Positions 48,615 through 57,471 of a stretch of DNA of 64,000 bases are shown one piece after another. A model generated the notes under the pieces. The model did no database searches, had not been told where the DNA came from, and was given only the letters and a program-made list of their open reading frames with translations. Source of the stretch: a virus (taxonomy: Duplodnaviria > Caudoviricetes); IMG/VR virus record IMGVR_UViG_2866474162_000001, positions 1-64,000 of that record, one strand, 5' to 3'. Within the stretch, counting starts at the first letter, position 1. Every line of letters starts with the position of its first letter. A program made the translations under genes and the position numbers.

Positions 48615-49616
48615 ATGACGACAACGACGGTGGCCCGGCGCGCGAACGCCGTGCCGTCCGATCCGCGCGAGCACGCGCGGGCGATCGCGGAGGCGGTCGA
48701 CGAGGCGTGGCACAGCCGGTACGGCGGCTCGCGGATCGAGGTGCCGATGTCGGTGGTGGCCGTCCTGGCGGTGCTGGCGCGGGAGGCGCCGGACCCCGAC
48801 CAGCTCGACCGGGTAGGCGAGATGGCGGAGCGCCTGGACCACGAGGGGTTCTGGCTGCTGATCCAGCGGCTGTGGTGCGAGTTCGCGGCGCTGAGGCCCG
48901 ACCTGAACCCGCGGACGAAGCACCTGTGGTCGTGGATCGACGACGAGCCGGACGAGACGACGCAGCGGGCGATCCACGCGGTCGGCCAGGCGGCGTTGCG
49001 GCGCGGGGTGCTCGGCCGGTTCGGGCCGGACGGGTGGGGCGACTACGACCTGCTGGGGGTGCTGCTCCAGCAGATGAAGAGCCACGGCGGGCGGAAGGGC
49101 ATCGGGCAGTTCCTGACGCCGGTGGACGTGACGGAGCTGATGGGCCGGATCGGGGGGCCGAAGGAGGGCGACCGGATCCTGGAGCCGTGCGCCGGCACGG
49201 GCACGATGCTGCTCGGCGCGGCCCGGTCCATGCGGGAGAAGGGCCTCGACCCGACGGCGTGCGAGTGGTGGGCGAACGACCTGGATCCACTCGCGGCGGC
49301 GCTGTGCGCGGTGAACGTGCACCTGTGGGGGCTGGGCTGGCGGGTGGTCGTCGGCTGCGGCGACGGGCTGCTCGACCAGTGGATGCACGAGGCCCTGGAG
49401 CACCGGCAGATCGCGATCGACGAGATGCGGCGGGCGTGGCAGGTGGCCATGCAGATCCGCGCGGTGCGGACGGTGCTGGAGCTGCCGTGGCCGGAGAGCC
49501 CGCTGGAGCGGCACATGCGGAAGGCGCGGCCGAAGCCGCCGCCCCCGCCGCCGCCTGCGCCGGACTCGTCCACGTTCGACGCGGACGCGGTGTTCCGGCA
49601 GGGCCAGCTGTTCTGA
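48615..49616 (+). CDS. HsdM-like N6-methyltransferase homologue lacking motif IV
   Basis: GQFLTP, ILEPCAGTG, NDLD; no [N/D]PP[Y/F]. Confidence 0.8.
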   Translation: MTTTTVARRANAVPSDPREHARAIAEAVDEAWHSRYGGSRIEVPMSVVAVLAVLAREAPDPDQLDRVGEMAERLDHEGFWLLIQRLWCEFAALRPDLNPRTKHLWSWIDDEPDETTQRAIHAVGQAALRRGVLGRFGPDGWGDYDLLGVLLQQMKSHGGRKGIGQFLTPVDVTELMGRIGGPKEGDRILEPCAGTGTMLLGAARSMREKGLDPTACEWWANDLDPLAAALCAVNVHLWGLGWRVVVGCGDGLLDQWMHEALEHRQIAIDEMRRAWQVAMQIRAVRTVLELPWPESPLERHMRKARPKPPPPPPPAPDSSTFDADAVFRQGQLF

Positions 49617-49650
49617 CTGCCGGTTGTGTGACGCGCTACACGGCCCCCCG

Positions 49651-49703
49651 CGTACATAGAACCTGTACGCAGAAGAGTCGATCACATACAATGAATATGT
49701 ACG
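49651..49703 (+). promoter_or_regulatory. Promoter with two 19-bp operators
   Basis: CGTACA-TAGAACC-TGTACG (49651-49669) and CATACA-ATGAATA-TGTACG (49685-49703). Confidence 0.78.
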
Positions 49704-49730
49704 TCCTGCCTTGTTCACGTGGAGGTTGAG

Positions 49731-50147
49731 ATGGCAGAGAGCACGGTGCAGCCCGGCAAGAGCGCCGCGAGCGGCGACGACTGCGGGTGGTTCAGCTGCC
49801 GCGACGAGAACGACTGCTGCAAGCACTGCGGCGCGCACATCGCGGACCCGTGCGACCCGACCTGCAAGCACTACGACGGCGGGCCGGCCGACGAGCGCGA
49901 CGCCAGGCCGGACGAGGAGGAGCCGCCGGTGACCATCATCGTCACGAGCTGGAGCGGCGGGAGCGTGCGGGTGCTGGGGACGCGCGAGGCCCTGGAGGAG
50001 TACGCGGCGGCGAGGGTCGCGTGGCGGTACCGGGAGCAGGTCGTGGAGAAGATGCTCGCCTGGCTGGCCGACGGCGCGCCGTCGCCGTACGCGTACGCGG
50101 CCTGGCACGGCGAGACGGAGTTCTGGTCGGTGGACGCGGCCGCCTAG
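49731..50147 (+). CDS. Cys-rich hypothetical protein
   Basis: Follows the GTTCACGTGGAGG motif. Confidence 0.7.
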   Translation: MAESTVQPGKSAASGDDCGWFSCRDENDCCKHCGAHIADPCDPTCKHYDGGPADERDARPDEEEPPVTIIVTSWSGGSVRVLGTREALEEYAAARVAWRYREQVVEKMLAWLADGAPSPYAYAAWHGETEFWSVDAAA

Positions 50148-50292
50148 TGGCTGCGCAGGCGGGGCTGGGCGGGTGCCCGGCCCCGGTGCGGAGTTCCTAG
50201 CGGGCTCTGGCTGTCAGGTCGCTATTGACGATTGCGGCCGGACAGAGCAAGGTAACTGTCCGAGTAAGACCCGGTTCACGTGGAGGTAAACC

Positions 50293-50841
50293 ATGGGTCT
50301 ACGCGCGCTGGTCGGCACCGAGGGTGCCGACGGTGTGTACCTGGCACGGCACGTGCAGCACGACGGCTGCCCGACGATGGTCGTCCCGGCCCTGTCGGTG
50401 CTGCTGCACGAGCTGTGCGGCCACAGCCCGGAGCGGGCGGCGGCGGTGCTGCTGCAAACCGACTGGTCGCGGCTGTACGCCGTGCCGGGCACCGGGCCGA
50501 CCGGTCACGCGGTCGGCGTGCCGTCCGAGGGCTACCCGGTGCAGACCGGCCGGATCGCCGAGGCCCGCGCGGGCGACCGCGAGTGGGCGTACCTGTTCGG
50601 CGGCCACCGGCTGCACGTCTACCTGGGGGTGTTCCCCGAGCGCGGCCCGAAGCGCTGGGAGGCGTGGGCGTGCTGGTCGCTGCACGAGCTGGGCGACCTG
50701 TCGCAGCTGGACCTGCTGGAGGTCCAGAAGGCGGGCTACGCGGCGCAGTGGCGGGCGTCCGACTACCGCGGCTACATGGAGGCCGTCCGCGAGGCGGCCC
50801 GCGACTCGACCCGCATCCAGCTGATGGAGGCGGGCCGGTGA
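50293..50841 (+). CDS. Hypothetical protein, paralogue A
   Basis: RALVG...HDGCP...WAYLF...LHVY. Confidence 0.75.
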   Translation: MGLRALVGTEGADGVYLARHVQHDGCPTMVVPALSVLLHELCGHSPERAAAVLLQTDWSRLYAVPGTGPTGHAVGVPSEGYPVQTGRIAEARAGDREWAYLFGGHRLHVYLGVFPERGPKRWEAWACWSLHELGDLSQLDLLEVQKAGYAAQWRASDYRGYMEAVREAARDSTRIQLMEAGR

Positions 50842-51344
50842 GGGCGCTGGTGGGGCAGTTTGCCCCGGGCAGCCAGTGGTACCGGGCCCGGCTCGTCGAG
50901 CTGGAGGGCCAGCCCAGCTGGACCCTCGCGCAGATGCGGGCGATGTGGGACCGCAGCTTCCAGCGGAACACGGCGGCGATGGTCGAGGTGCTGATGCACC
51001 GGCACTGGTCGGTGCTGGCGAACACGCACTGGCCGGCGCAGGCGGTGTCCGAGCGGCGGCCCGACTGGACGTACGTCTGCGGCGTCGGGCGCGGCTACAA
51101 GGACGAGATCAGCAGCCCGGCGGCGGTCGGGCTGATGGGCGCCGACCAGCCGTTCGAGGACGAGGGCTGGGCGTACCTGTGGGGGCACAAGCTGGGCGCG
51201 CTGCATGTCTACGCGGCGCACGGCGGCCGGTGGCACCACCTGGCGACGCTGCCCGCCGACGTGTGGGCGGGCCTGACGGAGCAACTGGTGGTCGATGTGG
51301 AGGCCAGGTTCTGCTGGCTGGAGCGAGAGGAGAAGGCGGCGTGA
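50838..51344 (+). CDS. Hypothetical protein, paralogue B
   Basis: GTGA overlap; RALVG...LEGQP...WAYLW...LHVY. Confidence 0.75.
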   Translation: MRALVGQFAPGSQWYRARLVELEGQPSWTLAQMRAMWDRSFQRNTAAMVEVLMHRHWSVLANTHWPAQAVSERRPDWTYVCGVGRGYKDEISSPAAVGLMGADQPFEDEGWAYLWGHKLGALHVYAAHGGRWHHLATLPADVWAGLTEQLVVDVEARFCWLEREEKAA

Positions 51345-51727
51345 CCGTCGAGACGAGGAAGCCGGCGAACCCGACGATCCGGACCGAGGAGTTGCGGCGC
51401 CGGGACGAGGTGCTGCTGTTCGGTCAGCTGGTGGAGATCGCCGACGTGCAGTCGGTCAAGGACTTCCCGAGCTGCGTCAACCTGGTGATCCTGCCGCGCA
51501 ACGGCGGGCAGCCGAGGGAGACGCTGGTGCCTCGGGACATGCTGCTGCTCGGGATGCGGCTGCCCCGGCTGCTGCCGATGCGCTGCCAGGGCTGCGACGG
51601 GCCGATGCAGGTGCCGGTCGACCTGGCGCAGGGCAGGCCGACGCGTGTGGTGTGCGGCCGGTGCCGTGGCCGCATCGTCGAGGGCACGGCGCAGGTGAGG
51701 CCGTCCGCCCCGGTCGGGAGGTACTGA
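51341..51727 (+). CDS. Hypothetical protein with Zn ribbon
   Basis: GTGA overlap; CQGC and CGRC. Confidence 0.65.
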   Translation: MTVETRKPANPTIRTEELRRRDEVLLFGQLVEIADVQSVKDFPSCVNLVILPRNGGQPRETLVPRDMLLLGMRLPRLLPMRCQGCDGPMQVPVDLAQGRPTRVVCGRCRGRIVEGTAQVRPSAPVGRY

Positions 51728-52011
51728 TGGAGAACGTGCTGGCGGCCCTGATGGCCGACAACGACGCCGACCGGGAGAATTTCCTGAACCGGGAGGTGCT
51801 GCGGCACGCGGTGATGCGGCAGATCACCTGCGAGCGGACGGGCCAGGTCCTCGACGTCCGCACGGCGGTGATGGTGACGTGGATCCGGGGCGACAACCGG
51901 AGCGCCGTGGTGGTGACCGGTGAGGCCTGGGACGAGGTTGGCGAGAGCGTGCGGGCCAAGGTCGCGGAGCTCGGCGCGGAGCTGGAGGTGATCGACGGCC
52001 GGCAGCTGTAA
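51727..52011 (+). CDS. Hypothetical protein
   Basis: TGATG overlap; ITCERTGQVLD. Confidence 0.7.
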   Translation: MENVLAALMADNDADRENFLNREVLRHAVMRQITCERTGQVLDVRTAVMVTWIRGDNRSAVVVTGEAWDEVGESVRAKVAELGAELEVIDGRQL

Positions 52012-52097
52012 CCGGCCGAGCTGCGAAAGCCGCCAGCCGTTGGCAGTATCGGGGCCGTGCCTTCGGGCACGGCCCCGTTCACTGTGGAGGCAGAACT

Positions 52098-52478
52098 ATG
52101 GAGCCGTTGGCGCAGTTCGAGAGCCATGTCGCAGGACGAAACGCGCGGGTGAGGATCTGGCCCGACCGGATCGAGTGGAGCAAGCCGGGACGCACGACGG
52201 TGGCGAACGTGCTGCTGGTGATCCTGGCGGTCTACACGGTGGCGCTGTCGCTGCTGATCCCGGCGTGCCGCCCCCGGTTCAAGGAGCAGGGCCGGCAGAT
52301 GCTCGCCATGCGGGCGGTGCAGTCGGTGGCGTCCCAGCGGGACGGCCTGCACACGGCGGTGGCGGTGGTGGCCGGCGCGACGACGATCGCGTTCCGGGTG
52401 CCGCACGGCCAGGCCGAGCAGATCGAAACGCTGATCCGCGACCTGGTGCTGGGCAACCACCCGGCGGCGCAGAAGTAG
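52098..52478 (+). CDS. Membrane-associated PH-like protein
   Basis: One TM helix within a beta-rich fold. Confidence 0.65.
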   Translation: MEPLAQFESHVAGRNARVRIWPDRIEWSKPGRTTVANVLLVILAVYTVALSLLIPACRPRFKEQGRQMLAMRAVQSVASQRDGLHTAVAVVAGATTIAFRVPHGQAEQIETLIRDLVLGNHPAAQK

Positions 52479-52604
52479 CGGCCGCCAGCTCGTCAACGAG
52501 GGCGCTGTGTCCCACCCGGGGCCAGCGCCCTCTCGGCTACGCTGGCGGGGTATTCGCCGCTGGCTGCGGGCCGGGCATGGACCTTCGCTGTTGAGGGATG
52601 CCTG

Positions 52605-53549
52605 ATGACCGCAGTGTGCGACACCCCGGTGAAGGGGAAGATGCTCCGGGCCACGAAGCTCGGGGTGTGCGGTGACCCGATCGTGGGCGCCGGAGGATGG
52701 CCGGTCCACGTCACGTCGAAGGGCTTCGTGAGCGTCGAGTACGCGGCCGAGGTCGACGACGGCGAGGAGATCGACCAGAAGGACGCCAACGGGGATCCGC
52801 TGGTCTACGAGCCGGCCCGGCGGCGGATCAAGCTGTACAACGTGACGGTCACCTGCGGGCGGGTCGACCCGGAGCTGTACACGCTGTTCACCGGGATGCC
52901 TGTGGTGCTCGACGAGGACGGCAACGCGACCGGCATGAGGGTCACGTCGGCGGTGAACCTCGACTCGGCGGTGGCGCTGGAGGTGTGGTCGGGCACGCAG
53001 CTGAAGAAGTGCGTGGCCGGGGCGATCCAGCGGCCGAGGTTCGGGTACTTCCTGCTCCCGCAGATCATCGACGGGCAGGTCGGGGACTTCACGATCGAGA
53101 ACGGGGCGGCGAGCTTCACGCTGACCGGCAAGGCGATCGAGAACCCGGGCTGGGGTGTCGGGCCGTACGACGTCTACCTGCGCAAGGCGGGCGTCGAGGC
53201 GCTGATGGACCCGATGGGCGACCAGGACCTGCTGCACCTCGACTGGACGTACCTGCCGCCGCCGGCGCCGACGTGCGGCCTGACCGCGCGGCCGCCGGAC
53301 GGCACGGTGGTGGCGGACCCGACGGACGCGACGAACATGACGGCGCAGTTCACCGCGACGTACGTGCCGGCCGCGCCGAACGAGGCGTTCTCGGTGGATT
53401 GGGGCGACGGGGCGTCGTCGGCCGGGCCGGCGGCGGACGCGACGGTCAGCCACCAGTACGCGGCCGCCGGCACGTACCTCATCACGGTCACGCACACGGC
53501 GAGCGGCGCTCAGCGGTTCAAGTCGTTCGTCGCCCCGGCCGGCGGCTGA
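52605..53549 (+). CDS. Major tail protein with C-terminal PKD/Ig-like domain
   Basis: RATKLGVCG, FTIENGAASFTLTG, WGVGPYDV; VDWGDG...HQYAAAGTYLITVT. Confidence 0.88.
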   Translation: MTAVCDTPVKGKMLRATKLGVCGDPIVGAGGWPVHVTSKGFVSVEYAAEVDDGEEIDQKDANGDPLVYEPARRRIKLYNVTVTCGRVDPELYTLFTGMPVVLDEDGNATGMRVTSAVNLDSAVALEVWSGTQLKKCVAGAIQRPRFGYFLLPQIIDGQVGDFTIENGAASFTLTGKAIENPGWGVGPYDVYLRKAGVEALMDPMGDQDLLHLDWTYLPPPAPTCGLTARPPDGTVVADPTDATNMTAQFTATYVPAAPNEAFSVDWGDGASSAGPAADATVSHQYAAAGTYLITVTHTASGAQRFKSFVAPAGG

Positions 53550-53556
53550 GGCGGCG

Positions 53557-54339
53557 GTGGCGCAGCCGGCGCGGATCGGCCCGTGCGACTGGCCGCTGAA
53601 CACGGCGTACTGCAAGGGCTGGGACCAGCACGACGAGGCGGTCCGGAAGGCGGCCACGGATCTCGCGACGGAGGTCCTGTGGGCGCTGTCCGGCCGCCGG
53701 TTCGGCGTGTGCTCCTCGACGGTGCGGCCGGTGCGGCGCGGCGACGGCGAGGCGTGGCGGCGGTGGGAGTCGTGGCTGGACCTGCCGTACGGCGGCAGCT
53801 TCGCGGTGACGTTTTGCGGCTGCCAGGTGGGGGCGTGCGCGTGCGGGCCGGTCGGGCGGGAGCTGAGCCTGCCCGGCCCGATCCACGCGGTAACCCGGGT
53901 TGTCATCGACGGCCAGGAGCTGCCGGCCGAGGCGTACGTGGTCTACGACCGGCGGTGGCTGGCGCGGATCGACGGCGGCACCTGGCCGGCCCGGCAGGAC
54001 CTGACGAAGGCGGACGACCAGCTGGGCGCGTGGGCGGTCACCTACGAGCGGGGCGTGCCGGTGCCGGGCGGCGGGATGGTGGCGGCCGGCGCGTACGCCT
54101 GCGAGGTGGCGAAGGCGATGGTCGCCGACACGACGTGCCGGCTGCCGAGGCGTGTGCAGTCGCTGGTGCGCCAAGGCGTGCAGCAGCGGTTCGTCGACCC
54201 GGCGCAGCTCGCCCGGGACGGCATGACCGGGCTGCCCGAGGTCGACCAGTGGCTGCGGGTGGTGAACCCGAACCGGCTGCCCCGCGACACGGTGGTGTGG
54301 TCGCCGGACCTGGACCGTGGACGAAGGAGGACATCGTGA
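53557..54339 (+). CDS. Head-tail adaptor
   Basis: LWALSGRRFG, LPRRVQSLVRQGV, TGLPEVDQWL. Confidence 0.75.
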   Translation: MAQPARIGPCDWPLNTAYCKGWDQHDEAVRKAATDLATEVLWALSGRRFGVCSSTVRPVRRGDGEAWRRWESWLDLPYGGSFAVTFCGCQVGACACGPVGRELSLPGPIHAVTRVVIDGQELPAEAYVVYDRRWLARIDGGTWPARQDLTKADDQLGAWAVTYERGVPVPGGGMVAAGAYACEVAKAMVADTTCRLPRRVQSLVRQGVQQRFVDPAQLARDGMTGLPEVDQWLRVVNPNRLPRDTVVWSPDLDRGRRRTS

Positions 54340-54878
54340 CCGAGCCGGTGGTGGAGCCGCAGGACGACGTGGCGTGGCCGGTGGCGGTGAAGCTGCGCGA
54401 GCTGATCGGCGGCGCGCTGGACGGGGCGCTCGGCGGCACGCCCGCCGTGGTGGCGGTGGTGCCCGGCCGGGACGTGGCGATCGACTCGTGCTGCGAAGGC
54501 CAGGCGTGGGTGCGGATCGTGCGGACGTACCCGGTGCTGCCGGAGGAGTTCCCCGGCGGGCGGGGCACGCCGCTCGATGAGGGCGCGGACCCGGGGGCGT
54601 TCTGGGCGGTGGAGCTGGGCGCGGGCACCGCCCGGTGCGCGCCGAGCCCCGACGACGCCGGGAACCCGCCGACGGCGGAACAGCTCGAGCGCAGCGCGGC
54701 GGAGCTGGCCGACGACGCCGGCCGGATCCGCCGGACGGTCCTGTGCGAGCTGCAGAAGCCCCCGCAGGTCGAGTCGGTGTGGATCGGGGAGCAGTCCAGC
54801 GTCGGCCCGTCCGGCGGCTGCGTCGGCCAGGAGGTCCTGGTCGCGGTGATGACCAACGTGTGCGTGTGCGAGGAGTGA
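54336..54878 (+). CDS. Probable tail terminator / neck protein
   Basis: CCEGQAWVRIV, GPSGGCVG; position in the tail operon. Confidence 0.6.
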   Translation: MTEPVVEPQDDVAWPVAVKLRELIGGALDGALGGTPAVVAVVPGRDVAIDSCCEGQAWVRIVRTYPVLPEEFPGGRGTPLDEGADPGAFWAVELGAGTARCAPSPDDAGNPPTAEQLERSAAELADDAGRIRRTVLCELQKPPQVESVWIGEQSSVGPSGGCVGQEVLVAVMTNVCVCEE

Positions 54879-54883
54879 GGGCG

Positions 54884-55138
54884 ATGCGCAAGGGCCAGAA
54901 GGTGACGGTGCGGGCGCTGACGGCGATGCCTGGCGTGCCGGACGGGTCGGTGCAGCACGTCGAGTGGGGGCCGCGGCTGGCCACGCTCGTGGAGGCCGGC
55001 CGGTACGAGGTGCTGGAGGGCGAGGAGGCCGAGCGGGCGGCCACCGCGGACCTGGAGCCGCCGGACGCCAGCCAGCCGACCCCGGCGCCGACAACGGACG
55101 CCGACGGCGACGGCAAGACGCGGAGAGCGCGCCGCTGA
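54884..55138 (+). CDS. Small hypothetical phage protein
   Basis: ATG at 54884 after GAGG. Confidence 0.6.
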   Translation: MRKGQKVTVRALTAMPGVPDGSVQHVEWGPRLATLVEAGRYEVLEGEEAERAATADLEPPDASQPTPAPTTDADGDGKTRRARR

Positions 55139-55569
55139 TGGCGGTGGTGGTCCGGGCGCGCGTCGACCTGTTCGCCGGCGAGATGCGCCAGCTGCTCACC
55201 GGCTCGACCGGGCAGGTGGTGTCGTTCATCCGCAGCGTCACCCGGAAGGTGCGGACCCGGGCGGTGCTCAAGTGCCCGGTGGACACCGGCCGGTTGCGGG
55301 CGGCGCACCGCGAGGAGGTCGGCGTGCGGGCGGGCCATGTGTACGGGTTCGTGGAGAACGACGTCGAGTACGCGGCGGCCGTGCACGACGGCACCGGCGC
55401 GCACGTCATCCGGCCCCGGCGGCCGGGCGGGATGCTGCGGTTCGAGACGGGCGGCCAGGTGGTGTTCACGACGCTGGTGAACCACCCGGGGACAAGGCCG
55501 CAGCCGTGGCTGCGGGAGGCGATGGAAGAGGTGGCGGGCCCGGAGGGGTTCCGGCTCGTCCACAGGTAG
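55138..55569 (+). CDS. HK97-gp10-like neck/tail-completion protein
   Basis: CPVDTGRLR, YAAAVHDGT, VNHPGTRPQPWL. Confidence 0.85.
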   Translation: MAVVVRARVDLFAGEMRQLLTGSTGQVVSFIRSVTRKVRTRAVLKCPVDTGRLRAAHREEVGVRAGHVYGFVENDVEYAAAVHDGTGAHVIRPRRPGGMLRFETGGQVVFTTLVNHPGTRPQPWLREAMEEVAGPEGFRLVHR

Positions 55570-55581
55570 GGAGGAAGCAGG

Positions 55582-55932
55582 ATGCGGGAGTTCACGACCA
55601 GCGCCAACGTGGCGAAGCAGGACGGCGGCGAGAAGAAGCTGCCGGACGTGCCCTTCAAGCTGGACGGGGTGGAGATGGTGTGCCGGGCGCCGAAGGACGC
55701 TCAGCTGGCGTACCTGATGGCGGCGGCCTCGTCGAGCCGCACGGAGGCCGACCAGGTGGCGGCGGTGCTCGACTTCTTCGAGCAGACGCTGGACCGAAAG
55801 AGCCTGGCGGTGTTCCGGAAGCGGCTGCTGAACACGGAGGACGAGTTCGACTTCACCGACGCCATGGGGATCTTCACGCACGTGTGCGAGGAGTGGTCCG
55901 GCCGCCCTATTGGGTCGGGCAGCGCCTCCTGA
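55582..55932 (+). CDS. Tail assembly chaperone (G)
   Basis: GGAGG RBS; position; overlapping -1-frame partner ORF. Confidence 0.8.
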   Translation: MREFTTSANVAKQDGGEKKLPDVPFKLDGVEMVCRAPKDAQLAYLMAAASSSRTEADQVAAVLDFFEQTLDRKSLAVFRKRLLNTEDEFDFTDAMGIFTHVCEEWSGRPIGSGSAS

Positions 55933-56222
55933 CCCTGGCGGTCAAGCGCTGGCCCGAGTTCCACGGGACGCTGCTGATGCGGACCGGCCGGGAGCCGCTG
56001 GACTTGCCGCTGCCGTCGCTGCTGGACGTGATCTACGCCTGGTGGGTGGAGGGCGGCACGGAGAAGGACGTGGCGAAGTTTCAGCAGCAGCTGGAGTCGC
56101 CGCCGGTCGACGCGGAACTGGATGGTCGCGAGGAATGGTCCGACGAGGCGACCGACGAGAGCTTCGCCCGGGCGCTCTCAGACAGGCGCGTCCGCCGGGT
56201 CGAGCACCGGCATCAGTGGTAG
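55903..56222 (+). CDS. Tail assembly chaperone frameshift extension (T)
   Basis: -1 frame PYWVGQRLLTLAVKRWPEFHG...LLDVIYAWW; no independent RBS seen. Confidence 0.7.
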
Positions 56223-57226
56223 ACGAGCCGGTCAATCGCCTCTGTCACGGTCCCGTACGCCTCCTGGTCCAGGCCCTCCGGCAGGAACTGCACCATGTCC
56301 GGCAGCGGCTGCTGCCCGCCGCCAGCAATCTGCGCCAGACGGCCGTTCGGCGACCGTCCCCGCTGATGCGTCACCCTGACCAGCCCGAATGCCTGCAACG
56401 TGCGGTGCGCCTCGTACGTCTCCGGCCCGATCCCGAGCATCCGGGACCGCACCCCCGCCGGCAGGATGAAACCCTCCGGGTCCCGCTTGTGCATGAACGC
56501 GGCCATGAGCAGAAACGCCAGCTCGGCGTCGGTGAGCACGCTGATCCAGCCGCGGGTGAACAGCCCCGTCGGCAGCACGAATGTATTCGCGTCCTGGTAC
56601 GCCGGCACGGTGTACGGCACGTTCGACCCCGGCTGCCCGTGCTCGACGAGCAACTCGAACCCGCGCTGCTTGTTGCGCGCGTCGTCCCAATGCGGGAACG
56701 TCACCAGCCCATGGCGGCCCAGCGCGCCGAGGGCCGTGGCCAGGTGCCGGCGGTGCTTGTCTTGCCGCGTCATCGCCGTCTGGCCGTCGAGGGCGTCCTC
56801 GGCGCCGCTGGCGAACAGATCTGTCCAGGCGATCTGCCCGGCGCCGGCGTGCGACAACGGCCGGGTGTTCGGGCCCGGCTGCTTACCGTCGTCGGTACGG
56901 GTCTGCACCTCGAACAGCGCGGTCAGCAGCAGCCGCAGCGCCACGCCCTTGCGGCCCATGATCCGCGTTGCCGGCGGCCGGTCCGCCGGGGCGAGCCCGC
57001 GCCGGTCCGAGCCCTCCGCCGGCGCGGTGAGGCAAACGAACCCGTTGCGCACTCGTACCCCGTCGTTGCCCTTGATCGTGTACGCGGTCCGCGCCAGGGC
57101 GCGCAGGTTGCGCATCGCGTCCGCGACCGACATCTCCATCGAGGGCTTGTACAACCGTTCCAGTCGGTCGACCAGACGCAGCCGGTCGGGCTCGGCCGGG
57201 ATCCAGGAAAGATCGACTCGGCTCAT
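56213..57226 (-). CDS. Hypothetical protein with tandem wHTH-like repeats
   Basis: ALRLLLTALF...ALGAL...GLV and LPTGLFTRGW...AELAFLL...TLQAFGLV. Confidence 0.7.
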   Translation of the reverse strand: MSRVDLSWIPAEPDRLRLVDRLERLYKPSMEMSVADAMRNLRALARTAYTIKGNDGVRVRNGFVCLTAPAEGSDRRGLAPADRPPATRIMGRKGVALRLLLTALFEVQTRTDDGKQPGPNTRPLSHAGAGQIAWTDLFASGAEDALDGQTAMTRQDKHRRHLATALGALGRHGLVTFPHWDDARNKQRGFELLVEHGQPGSNVPYTVPAYQDANTFVLPTGLFTRGWISVLTDAELAFLLMAAFMHKRDPEGFILPAGVRSRMLGIGPETYEAHRTLQAFGLVRVTHQRGRSPNGRLAQIAGGGQQPLPDMVQFLPEGLDQEAYGTVTEAIDRLVYH

Positions 57227-57471
57227 CACGGCCAATCTAGACGCTGCTGAATGAACGTTTTTGACCGACCTTGACGCAGATTCGCGGCAAAGGTCGGTCA
57301 GAAGCGTATTGAGCATACCTCAAGATCGACTTTACGGCCCGCCCCGACTCGCCATCATGGAACCCGGGCACCCCGCCGGCACCCAGCCGGCCCAAGGCTG
57401 CCCCACCCCGAACGCGCGGCCACCGGCCCACCCGCACACGCGGGCGGCCTCCGGAGGCACCCGGAGGCCGC

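Noticed and set aside
40126-50108. Very long minus-strand ORFs (976, 1476 and 1021 aa)
   Set aside because: Stop-poor antisense frames of GC3-biased phage genes; Arg/Pro/Gly-rich with no domain signatures.
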